A stretch of 42,867 bases of DNA from Klebsormidium nitens (Eukaryota > Plantae > Klebsormidiophyceae): the NCBI GenBank assembly GCA_000708835.1, contig DF237648.1:1-42867 (forward strand). The letters run 5' to 3'. A program made the translations under genes and the position numbers. Numbering within the stretch: the first letter of the stretch is position 1; each line of letters opens with the position of its first letter. Shown here in pieces: positions 21,714 through 33,292 of this stretch. The notes under the pieces were generated by a model, which was given only the letters and a program-made list of their open reading frames with translations, was not told the origin of the DNA and ran no database searches.

Positions 21714-24527
21714 TCACGAGACCGACAGCACCTGTTGGGCGGTCCAGGTCTGCCCCGGTTGCAGCGTGACCGGGTCCCCGACCACCGCCGCTTCCACGCA
21801 CACAAACTGGTGGTACTCCTCGTCGCCCAGGTCAGCGGTCGCCTTGGCCTTCTCAATCCAGGGGTTCCAAACGACTGCACACACAGCGTAACGCCACCAT
21901 TTCTTACCAAGACGATGGCAGCATCTGATGCCAACTTCCCAAGGTAGAAGACCGGTGCGGTAAGCTTGCTTGAAAAGGCTGTCAAAGGTCTCGTGTCTGC
22001 CAATTCAACTAGTAGGCATTTCGAAAATCGTGGCGCGTAGGCGAATCTTACTAGCGTCGGGCAGGCCGGTCTTTTTGAGCGTGATGGTCCTGTTGCCCCG
22101 GTCCACGATCCGCAGCTCGTCCGGCGTGTTCAGGTAGATGCGGTCCACCTGCAGAGCCAACGGGGGATAGTCCTTACCGAGGGGCAGGGAAAGGGCCGAG
22201 CTTGCTCGAAGTCCGAGTCGCTCCGAATGCCCGGCAGTACCTACTGGCCAACGTCACGATTGGTGCCGCCTGAGCTTCCATCCGGAACAACCACGTTCTC
22301 GTGCTGATTGATTGAGCCGGAATTACGGCCGATGCCCTTTCGGGCATCATGTGCAATTTCGTTTTATCGAACGCCTCGCCTGGACGGGTATGATTATCAA
22401 GTGCTGTGGCCGTACCTCTCCCTTGAAGTCGACAGCGCTCCGCTCCTCCTTTTCCTTCCGCCGCGGCGTGACCAGACTCTCCAGGTACTCCAGGCCCTGC
22501 ACGCCCGTTACCTCCACGTTGCTGCACAGCAACAGCGGGCCACCACGTCAAAGAATGCCCCAGCCAGTCTGGAAGGTCCCCGACCTGATTGCCACAAGAG
22601 CGGTTAAATGCGGATCCTGGTAATCTGGCTTCAGGACGATCAAAGAGCGTTCCGGGCCTCCGCAAGCCTCGTTCTGATTGAATAGGATCGGCATGGACAG
22701 TTCCGCCGACCCCGCTATAATCCCGTACTTCCGTCCACACCCTCACTTGCAATAGGCTGCCTCGTATGCAAGTTCAGTCTTGACTCGGGGTTGCACTACA
22801 CCTAAGTAGGAGGAAGCACATTGCCGGGTTCCACCGGGTTCATCGTCAAGGAAAGACAGGCCACTCACGACTATGAAAAGTCGCAAGTCGAAGTCCTCAC
22901 CTGATGTCTGAGACTGCGAAGTAGGTGTGAAGAGCAAATGTGAAGGTGAAGTCCTCGATGCCAATGTTCTTGACGGACGGCTGCACAACCAGATTTCCGT
23001 TCGTGGCAATCTGCACCCGCATCCGCAGCTCAAACCTGCGAGGATGAGTGACGGCAAGTCTAGAGACCAGACGCCAAACCGGTCGCAATTTAAATGATTG
23101 TTTGTCCACGCCGCAAGGAGATGCACGGCCTTAGAGATGAAGTCAAAGGAGCCATCACTGTACGAGTGGCAGTTGACAATCAGCAGAAATCGGTTTGGCT
23201 CTCAGAGGTTCTTCATGTAGCGAACACACCAGTTTAACTACAGAAAACTTTCTTCTGAGCGGACAACTGGGCTACCCGACTTCCATCAAACACAGGGCGA
23301 ATCAAAATTCTTCGTCTATAGAGAGTCTCTGGCAGCGCCAACTCACTTGTGCGGCCACTTCTGGAGCTCCTCCTGGCCTGATCTCAGGAGCAGCGTGAGC
23401 GTCGCTCCGTCCAGGCTCTCCTCGAGCGTGTCCACCGCCCACAGCTGGTTGCGCGCAAAGCCGTGCTGGCCAAGGGGGCCAAAGTCGCTGAACTGGGGGA
23501 AGCACACGGGGATGCCGCCGCGGATGGCCTTGGGGGGCTTGAAGATGGCCTGGACACGGGGGTGGGGAGGAAAGGGAGGGGTGAGGACTCAGCTGGAAGA
23601 GTGGAGTGAGTGCCACTGCAATCAGCACCTCATGTCGTGAGCCATTCTGACATTTGAGGACCATGTTGATTGCGCAAAAGAGCGTAAAACCTTCAAATCA
23701 TGCTTCCACTTGTATGGTAGCACCAAGAAGCAGATGGTTGTGGGCATAAGCCCCAGTCCAGTTGGCTGCTAAGCTGGGAATCTACTAAGCTTAACAAAAC
23801 AAAACAGGGAAATCTGCATAGCAAGGACAGATTGCCCTTACCTTTTCGCTGACGAACAGCAGCTCCTCTTTCTTAGACCCAGACACCCACGACGTCACGT
23901 GACCACCGTGGAGGTAGACCTGGCGTCAAAAAAAGTGGTTCAGGAGGTTGTACGTGCAAGGATGGGTCATCCAGGTCTCTGAACTCTTCAATAAAACATC
24001 CATCAGTGAGACTGCATGATACCAGCCGGACAAATTCGTGTATCTAGAAGATCTTTCCATTTCAAGGGGCAGTACCGTTGGAGTGCATTTGTCCAAAAGT
24101 TCCTACTTGAAGCACAAAGCCTTGCAATCATCTTCTGAAAGAAGTAGCTCAACCCTTCATCTGAGCTGCACCACTGATATGCACTTTTTGATGATATGGA
24201 TTAATCTATACAACTTTTGCTCTCTTCTGTCATCTGTCGCGTGCATCAATCAATCACTGCACATCCGCAGGTGACAATGCAGCTGCATATGATCAGAGGT
24301 TGTTTCATGCTTCTCTAGAACCAACAGTCAGCAAGTCAAGGATCCACGATTAAGGAAGCAAAGCTGCGCGAAGAGACACCCAGCAGGGCACCGCATGCCC
24401 TTGCCGCCGTGTTCATCAACTGATCCAGGCCCACCTCTGCCGTTGTTCCATCTGCGTTCTTCAGGACGGCCTTGTCTAATCCCTCCGTAGACTGCGTGAG
24501 GACAATTGGTTTAGCAGCACCCGCCAT
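21714..24527 (-). CDS. Glucose-6-phosphate 1-epimerase / aldose 1-epimerase family protein, ~290 aa
   Basis: 7 phase-consistent exons: 24527-24435, 23919-23842, 23549-23347, 23035-22901, 22521-22416, 22148-22052, 21874-21714 (873 nt). Family motifs: VYLHGGHVTSW, AIRGGIPVCFPQF, QHGFARN, FALHTYF, EVDRIYL, VVWNPW, FVCVEAA. Confidence 0.93.
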
Positions 24528-25919
24528 AGCGCCCTGATTGACGTGAACCACTTGCCTGCCCTCCACCGGCGCTAGCTACAGTTCACCTGTTCAGGCACTC
24601 TGCAGCTAAGTTGTCGGATCGATCTCCAGGGCCCATGCAGCGCCCGCGGCCCGGGCGCCGCCGCCCAGGCGCAGCGGCGGCCAGCCCCTGGGCTGGGCTG
24701 GCCTAATTGGACGCCAAGTGGCACTCCGTGAAAGAACGCCATGGGTATTTCAACGCATCGACGGTCGACATGAGATCTTGAGCGCTTAAAATCTTTAGAC
24801 TATCATCCTCAAATCCTTGGGGAAACAAGAGAATGTACTGAATTATATATACTTAGTAAGAACAGATTGTTTTGAAAGCCTGTGCGTGCATGAATGATAT
24901 ACCTCTATATCATTGTTATGCTCATCCGAATATTTCGATTGGGCAGGGCACGTACCATACACGAAACCAACATATGTATCGTCGTTTCAAAAAAGGTATA
25001 CTGAGCTCGATCACTGAGCTACCATGTTTCAATGTCTCAGTGGTTGGGCCGGCGCCGCCAGCGTGAGCCTGCTCGTTCAAGTTCATGCATTATATCATCA
25101 TGTTCATATATTACTTAGTATCCGTCGAGTCGGTTGGTGACGGTTGCAGATCGAAGATCACAGCCCATGACGTGGGCCGATACACGTCTAGCGCGGCATG
25201 CAATAACCTTCCATGCATGAGAGTCTTCATATGTATGATTGGCTGCCCAACTGTACACTCAACGGTTACATGAACAAACTTGAAATACGCAGCCTTGCTA
25301 TGTCACCATCACTTCTTGGAGTTGCATATGCATGTCCCACAAAGTGCAGCTTACTGAATGTACGCTCAAATCGATAGAATTCAAGTGGCATAGCGGGAAC
25401 TGATTGCGCACCGCAGTACTATAGTTGCTTCACGGATCATTGTGATGTATGCAGTGCCATACCTGCGTTCCACGCGTTAGTCGCAGCGCAGCAATTGGCT
25501 TGATGATTAGGACCACATGTCCAGACCACTGCACACATAGGGCCAGGCAATGCTCAAGGCACGAATCAAGGTATTGAGGTGCTCGCAACAATTTGCACGG
25601 AACCAAGATCCACCTATCTACCACGAGTCTGAACTACATCCCTTTGTCTAGCCTACGATTGATGAAGGAAGTCATAAAAAGAAGCTCAAGATTCGAAGCG
25701 TTTGGAGCTGAATTTCAGCTTCAGAGCAATGCTTATCAAAACTATACCAGAGTTTTTTCCACCTGATGACAGTCAAGGCAGCTCAATGAGAGTCAAGGAG
25801 CTTATGTATCGCATCCGCAAGGCAACTCATGTACATCCGCCGGCCAAAGTCTTTCGCGAGTTCTCGCTGGCGGCCAGTCCCAGCCTGCATGGGTGAGCAG
25901 CGCGTGGTGCGCCGTTGGC

Positions 25920-28900
25920 TTATGCCACCCGCTCTTCGAGCGCCGCGTGCTCCACGTTGGGGGCCGTCGTGATCAAGTGCCGGTCGCCAAACACGTTGTC
26001 AACACGCCCTGCACGTCGCAACCCAAGCCCATCAGCCGATGCACGACAAGAAGGATACAAGCAGCACCACCTACGAGCATACCAGCACCTACGAGCATAT
26101 CAGCAGTGGCAAGCGCCCAGCGCGGTCAGCCATCGTGTGCATCTCATACGTGTGCAGTGCAACGCTGTGGCACAGGGGTGAGAAGGCACTGGACGGCTCT
26201 TACCTGTAGTAGGCCAGAACTTGGCCTGGCGGACCCAGGCTGCCGGGAAGGCTGCGGCCTCGCGCGAGTACGGCTTCTTCCAGTCGTCGCCCAGGACAAC
26301 TGCCGCCGTGTGGGGGGCACCCTGCAACAAGACACTAGACTCAGCAATCCGAAAAAGATTCCAACACTGCCAAGAAAAGTGCTCAGACAAACTGCCGCAC
26401 ACCGTGCCACACAGTCTGATTGTGCCGTCGTCAGCTGGAGTACAACATATGCAAAGCAAGCCTCCTGCAGCAACCTTTGCTAGCGCACTGAGGGGGGAGG
26501 ATGGCGGGTGGGCCGCGCACCTTGAGAACGTTGTCGCGGGGGCTGGCCACGCCGGTCTCGATCTCCCGGATCTCCTCCCGGATGGCGATCATCGCGTTGC
26601 AGAAACGGTCGAGCTCGCTCTGCAGACAGGCGCACGGTCAGAGAGGCCGTGAGAGTAGACGCGACTAGAGGGGGAGTGAAGAATGAAGAAGCTTCCCCGT
26701 CTGACTTAAGATGCAAGGTGACCTCAGTACGACATGGTATCGGCTGCAGTACGAAACCGTATCGGGCGTGGAAGAAAAGGCCTCTGCAGCAGCCGAGCCA
26801 GGCATGACGGCGGTAACGGGGCGGGGCGCACCTTGGACTCGGACTCAGTGGGCTCGATCATGAGGGTGCCAGGGACGGGCCATGACATGGTGGGCGCATG
26901 GTACCCGTAGTCCATCAGCCGCTTCGCCACGTCCTCCGCCTCAATGCCCGCCGTGTTCTGCACACATGACCACGGGGATGCGGTGTGAAACAGCGAGCGG
27001 AGGAGCTGTGTCCCAGAGCCTCACGATCAAAGAGAGCACGTTTGAACGAACACAGTCTCTCTGCAGCAAGACGTTTAGATGCCAACATGAGCAGCAGGCT
27101 AAGTGACGCGTCATACAAGTTCTAGTGTCACGGTATGCTGTACAGTCGTTGCCTGTAAGGTCACGATGCAGGTGGTGCCTGACCTTGAAGGCGCGCAGGT
27201 CGATGATGAACTCGTGGGCGCAGGTCCCATTGGCTCCACGGAACAGAACGGGGTAGTGGCTCTGCGCGCATCCAAAAGCGAGGGAAGCTGAGCACACGCT
27301 CGTTTCTGAGGGTCGCATGCAGGCAGCAGGTTATGAATGCTGTAGCGAGTCCGCCCAATCTCAGAAGAGCAGCCGTGCTCAGGACACCACAACTTTAGGA
27401 TCAGACGAACGAGACAGCCTGCCGCTCCCCTCAGCTGGCGGCGCGGAGGAAGGTGGGCGCACCTCGAGGCGCTTGGCCATGTAGTTGGCGTTGAGGATGG
27501 CGAGCTTGGAGGCGTCGGTGAGGCCCTGCGCGCCCATCATGGCGATGTACATGTAGCTGATGGGCAGGATCGCCGCGCTGCCCCACGGCGCAGCCGCCAC
27601 CACGCCAAACGGCTGCAGCGCATCCTTGGGGGGGGGCACGCCGCCGGTGGCAATCACGGGGTGGGACGGCAGGAAGGGCGCCAGGTGCGCCTTGACGCCG
27701 ATGGGGCCCATGCCAGGGCCGCCGCCGCCGTGAGGAATGCAGAACGTCTTGTGCAGGTTCAAGTGGCACACGTCCGCGCCAATGTGGCCGGGGCTGGTCA
27801 GGCCCACCTGGAACGGGGAGAACGGGGAGTGGGTCAGAGCAACGCTCATGAACATGGCAAATACATGGTTCTTGTTGATTCCGCATATGCTTGACAGGAA
27901 TGAAGGCAACGATAATCTTCGCTAGGACACGACGTTTCGTGGACGTTCGCTGTTGAACCACACACCAAAGAATTGTCAAAAAGCGGAAGGTTTCGGTCTC
28001 GCACCTGTGCGTTCATGTTGGCCCCGTCCATGTAGACCTGGCCGCCGTTCTCGTGGATGATGCGGCAAATCTCGTCAACGCCCTCCTCGTACACGCCGTG
28101 AGTGGAAGGGTACGTGATCTGCACCACACAATCAAGAGCACATTATCACAATTGGCACTACTCAAGCGTGGGAAGTCTGACGGTTATACATGGTTCACGA
28201 ATAGGGCTCACGACGACCGAGCTTGGAACCATCATCAAAGCAAAGGAAGGAGAAGGTGAAGCCACGTAGGCCCCTCTGATCTCGCCTGCTGTTTTTGAGT
28301 TCTGCACCATGGACAAATCCTGTGTCAGATGGTAAGGAACGTGGATCGCCGGAACCTTGAGAGAGCACAATCGCCCCGCTCTTGCTCAGGCTGCATGCCA
28401 AGCGACGCATGTTGCCCCTCACCATGAGCGCCGCCAGCTCGTGCTTGTGCTTCTCGGCCTTGGCCTTGAGCTCGGCCACATCGATGTTGCCGTTGTCGTC
28501 ACTGGCCACAGGCACGATGCGCATGCCGCACATGGCTGCACTCGCGGGGTTGGTGCCGTGAGCGGATGCAGGGATGATGCACACGTTCCGGTGCACGTCG
28601 CCGCGAGCGCGATGGTATGCACGGATGGTCATGAGCCCCGCATACTCGCCCGCCGCGCCCGCGTTGGGCTGTAGCGACACGCTGTCAAAGCCGGTGATCT
28701 CCGCAAGCATTGCCCCCAGGTCCGCAAACATCTCCTGCACACACCAACGCGTCAGGAAGTCAGATGGGCAGCACCAAGACCAGCAAGACAATAGCCAGCT
28801 GGCACTCCGCACTTGAATCTGCTCAATCTTCGATTCTTCCTGGAAAGCTGGTTTGATGAGCCGAACAGGTAAATTGCAGGTAGGGATCAACGTTATGGTG

Positions 28901-31900
28901 ATGTTCCCTTGCCTAGCTGGTTCCAGAGAAAGCCTGTGCTATCAGAGCCTCTATGACTTCAAACCCTCCACCACAAATCCGAGCCTACTAGGAACTAAAG
29001 GCCTCTGTGTGCCACTATGCGTGCACAAGGCGGTCACCTGGTAGCCCTGTGTCTGGTTGGTGGGGGCGAAGGGGTGGATGTTGGCGAGCTCGGGCCAGGT
29101 GATGGGGATCATCTCGGAGGTGGCGTTGAGCTTCATGGTGCAGCTGCCGAGCGGGATCATGCTGTGCACCAGGGACAGGTCCTTGGCCTGCAGCCGGTAG
29201 ATGTACCGCAGCAGCTCGTGCTCCGTGTGGTACCTGCACGCACCACGAACGGGGGGAACGGGTAAGCAAGCAAGCCAGTGCATCCGGGGCTGGCAGCAGT
29301 ACCCTTAGCTCAGAGAATTGGCCTGAGGCGTGACACAATCTTGGCCATACCCTCAAACTGCATGCTGCGTTTCCAACTATGCAATCAGATTCAAAGCACT
29401 GCTGACACGCCTCTGATAAGAGGGGACGGCACCTACGTGACAGCACCCCCCAATGAGGACATGTCCCTAGACAAGGCACAGGTGCTCACATGTTGAAGAC
29501 AGGGTGGGAAAGGAAGGGGCTGCCGCGCGCCAGGCCGGAGGGAATCTGAGAGTCCACCTCGGGGGCCAGGGACTCAGCTGTAAACGGGACCTGGAACACA
29601 TGTCAAGCAGACTGTGTCAGCTCAGACTCTAGGGGGAAACCAGCGTAGGGCACAGGAACAGCAAGCTTGCAGCAGTTGCTGGGGGACAAGGTGCAAGGGG
29701 GCTGGGTGAGGAGCGAGCGAGGGCACACACCTTCTGGCCGGAGGCGAAGATGGAGAAGAGCTCGTCGACATCCGCCAAGTTCTTGGTCTCGTCAAAGGAC
29801 ACTGTCAACTGCACATCCAGCCCACCCATCACTGCATCAGCAGAGTGGCGGCCGGCAAGCAACAAGGGAAGCCTCACAGCATGGACCTTAAGGGGAACTT
29901 CACAGGTCAAGACCCACGACAAGAGCATCTACGGCAGGAAACCCCCTGCGGTGGGAACGCAGGCTGTTGCCTGCTGCCAGTTGGATACTCTTTCACATCT
30001 AGCTGATGACAAGCAGCCACCGGGGCAGCGGTTCTCAAGGACCACACGCTGAACCCCAGCCACTCAAAAACCACTTTTTAAAATCTCACATGCAGATTCA
30101 CAGGCCATCAAGATGCTGCTGCCTCATCAAAATCAAGACTGTGGCACATTTTCAACCGTTGCTCCTGCCTGCGCGCCAGTATGCTCACCGTGTTGGGGTC
30201 AGTCTCCAGGACGCGCAGGTTGACCTTGCGCTCCTGTGCAGCCGCCACCAGGGCCTGTGCCTGACCATTGGGGAAAGTAATGCGCACAGTGTCAAAGAAG
30301 GGCTCCTGCGCCACAGTGCCCACGTCCAGGCGCTGCACGCCGGCAGCAAACACTGCGGCCAGGCCGTGGGCCCTGGTGGCAATGTCCTTGAGGCCCTTGG
30401 GGCCGTGGTACACAGCGTACATGGCCGCCATGTTGGCCAACAGGGCCTGCAGGGAAGGGCCACCCAGGGTCACAACGGGCCGGTGTGCCCTAGGACCAGC
30501 GAGCTTCTAAAGACAAGCGATCTGCTAGCTTTGACGATCAATCAAGCATGCCAGCCTGGAGAATCAACCAAAGCGTCACAGTACAGGCGGTGAGCCCTAG
30601 CAACACCAGGCTCCTGGATGCGAGCAATCTAACTAGCTTTCAAAAAATCCAATCAAGCGCGCCAGCCTGCGAAGATGATATTATGGAGAACCAGCTCAGC
30701 ATCAGCAACCCTACAAAAAGCAGCTACTTGGCGCTACCATCACCTCTATATGGCCATTAAAAGGAGGTCTGAAACCCTAGCGAACAAGATGGCAGCAGCG
30801 TGTCCTGCGTCAATTCCAATTGGAGCACCCCCTGGCTCTTGTACCAATCAAACGTCTTTCCAAGCACCGCTGAGCTCGAGAACGTCTTTCCAAGCACCGC
30901 TGAGCTCGAGATTGCCTGAGAGCGCGCCTACTCACCTGCGCGGTGCAGATGTTGCTGGTGGCCTTGTCGCGGCGGATGTGCTGCTCGCGCGTCTGCATGG
31001 CCATGCGTAGCGCCGGTTTGCCCTGCGCGTCCACGCTCACGCCGATGATGCGCCCCGGCATCAGCCGCTTGTACTCCTGGCTCGTCGCCAGGAACGCGGC
31101 GTGCGGCCCGCCATAGCCCATGGGCACACCAAAACGCTGCGCGCTGCCCACCACAATGTCGGCGCCCCATTCCCCGGGGGGCCTCAGAACGGTGAGCGCC
31201 AGCAGATCTGTGGACACCACAACCTTGGCCCCTGCGCCCTGCGCCGCCTGCACCACGTCGCTGTAGTCAATGATGCGCCCATCCGTGGCTGGGTACTGCA
31301 CGAGCACGCCCGCCACGTCCTTGCCGCTGTAGTCAAACGCCGCATGGTCGCTCACCACGACCTCGATCCCCAGGCCCTCCGCGCGCGTCTGGCACACCGC
31401 AATGGTCTGCGGGTGGCAGCGGTCGCTGATGAGGAACTTCTTCTTCTTGCCACGGGTGATGTTGACACACATGGCCAGCGCCTCTGCGGCGGCGGTGCCC
31501 TCATCCAGGAGGGATGCGTTGGACATGGGCATGGCGGTGAGGTCGGAGATCATCGTCTGGAAGTTGAGCAGGCTCTCCAGGCGGCCCTGCGCAATCTCTG
31601 CCTGGTACGGCGTGTACTGCGTGTACCAGCCGGGGCTCTCCAGGATGTTGCGCAGGATCACGGGCGGCACATATGTGTTGTAGTACCCCATGCCAATGTA
31701 CGACTTGGCCACCACGTTCTTGGCTGCCATAGCCTTGAATTTGGCCAGCATAGCGCTCTCAGGGTAACCCTCATTGTACTCCCCAAGATCCATTGGCTCG
31801 CGCTTGATTGCCTGTGGCACTGTCGCCTCAATCAAGGCATCCACGCTGCTGAACCCCACAAATTGCGCCATCTGCTGGCCCTCCTCCTCGCTGATGCTAT

Positions 31901-32189
31901 TGTGGCGACGGGCAAATGTGTCGCTCTTGCGCAGCGCCTCCACTGAGATGCTCCGAGCTGCCAGCAGGCTGCTGCCCAGGGAGCCATACTGCAACGCAGA
32001 AGGGACGGAGCGGCGACACAAACCACAGGGCCCGGACTCAGACAGCAAACCCTTCAAAGCTCCCCTGTGCTGGCCGGCTGCCGCCTCACTCTCCCCCAGG
32101 GCTGCAGCACCATGAACATTCTTGGCCCTGTTCCCCGCAGCAACCAACGCCCGCCCCAGCCGCAGCGCGTTCGAGCGCAAAGATGCCAT
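25920..32189 (-). CDS. GLDP: Glycine dehydrogenase (decarboxylating), glycine cleavage system P protein, mitochondrial, ~1055 aa
   Basis: 13 phase-consistent exons: 32189-30936, 30446-30189, 29808-29731, 29590-29490, 29233-29038, 28734-28423, 28118-28005, 27807-27463, 27261-27184, 26957-26832, 26619-26521, 26321-26204, 26008-25920 (3168 nt). Motifs: [80 protein letters not shown]-lysine motif [26 protein letters not shown]. The N-terminus is Arg/Ala/Leu-rich like a mitochondrial presequence. Confidence 0.97.
26068..26103. repeat. 18-bp tandem duplication in the last GLDP intron
   Basis: CACCTACGAGCATACCAG / CACCTACGAGCATATCAG. Confidence 0.8.
30851..30910. repeat. Perfect 30-bp tandem duplication in GLDP intron 1
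   Basis: AACGTCTTTCCAAGCACCGCTGAGCTCGAG x2, exact. Confidence 0.95.
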
Positions 32190-33292
32190 TGTGCAGGATC
32201 TGGATCAAGCCCTTCGCCTTCGGGCCAACCTGCTGCTTGGAAGAGCACCGGAATGGATCGACCTTGTGCGATGCTCCCTAGCAGACGCGACTGTCCATCC
32301 TGCTTTTGGCAATTCCTGGAATTATTCCACGGCAAGCTCCTGCATCACCAACGTACGCAAAACGCAAGGTGGGACAGCAGGCACGTCACAGCGCAGGCTA
32401 GCGTTGGCATCAACTTGGCTGTACACGGGCACGGTTTGCGTACCAACGGTACATTAGGTAGGTAGGTACTCGACTCGTGACGTAACTTGCGGTTCTTTTC
32501 ATACTCGTATTGCAAATGTAAAATGTCTTTTTCGGCCGTTCTCACAACCAGAGCAGCTGTCGTATTCTTTCCCCCAAAATCTGCTTTTTGCAATCTAGAA
32601 TATCTTAACTACTAGGCTCCTTATTTCGGTAGAAAGACAAGTGTAAAAGCTAGACCCTGATCATATTCTCGTATGGAGCCTAAGATTGATCTCCTATCTA
32701 ATCATAGTACCATAATATATGCATGTATAATGCACTTATCCGTATCATGGTGTGCTTGCACATGTACAACTTGCCGCGGCCTAGGCCGGAAGTTGCAACA
32801 CGTGACATGATGAACCTACCAAGTCAAGGCTTCTTTCCGGATACAGTGACCGTCAGATCCGTATCGTACGGTAAGTGCTTGTTTCAAGTTGCCACGTCGG
32901 ATTCAGTGGCGTAATTGACCTTCTTTACACCGTTTTGTTGAAATGAGACCAGTCACCAACAACCAGCACCCAAACCCGTCAAACGCTTGTTTCAATCTCA
33001 GAAGTTGCGGGCGTGAATACCCCGATCGTCATCCAGCTAATCCGCTCTACCGCAGAGCTACGAAGCTTTACGAACGGCGTATGGATCTTCATCGGCGTCG
33101 TTTCGGCGATGCAGCTCATGGACTTGAAGCGAAGCACCATTCAACAGAACCAGTTCGATTTCGATTCGAGACGAGAAATACGACGTCTGACCTCTGAATT
33201 GTTCTGTGTGGCTGATGTCGCTGCTCCGCGTCGAAGCTCTCGCCGAAGTGTTGCGGCCCAATGCAGGGCTGCAAGCCCGTTTGCACGACACG

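Noticed and set aside
31101-31946. 281-aa plus-strand ORF opposite GLDP exon 1
   Set aside because: Antisense shadow of a high-GC3 coding exon.
21714-32189. Idea that the epimerase and GLDP form a metabolic cluster with genes A/B
   Set aside because: Both are ordinary conserved housekeeping genes in unrelated pathways; nothing in the sequence links them to the A/B pair beyond adjacency.
33002-33130. Weak resemblance of FTNGVWIFIG..QLMDL to proteasome assembly chaperone 4
   Set aside because: The similarity does not extend past ~25 residues, and the downstream sequence lacks the expected features.
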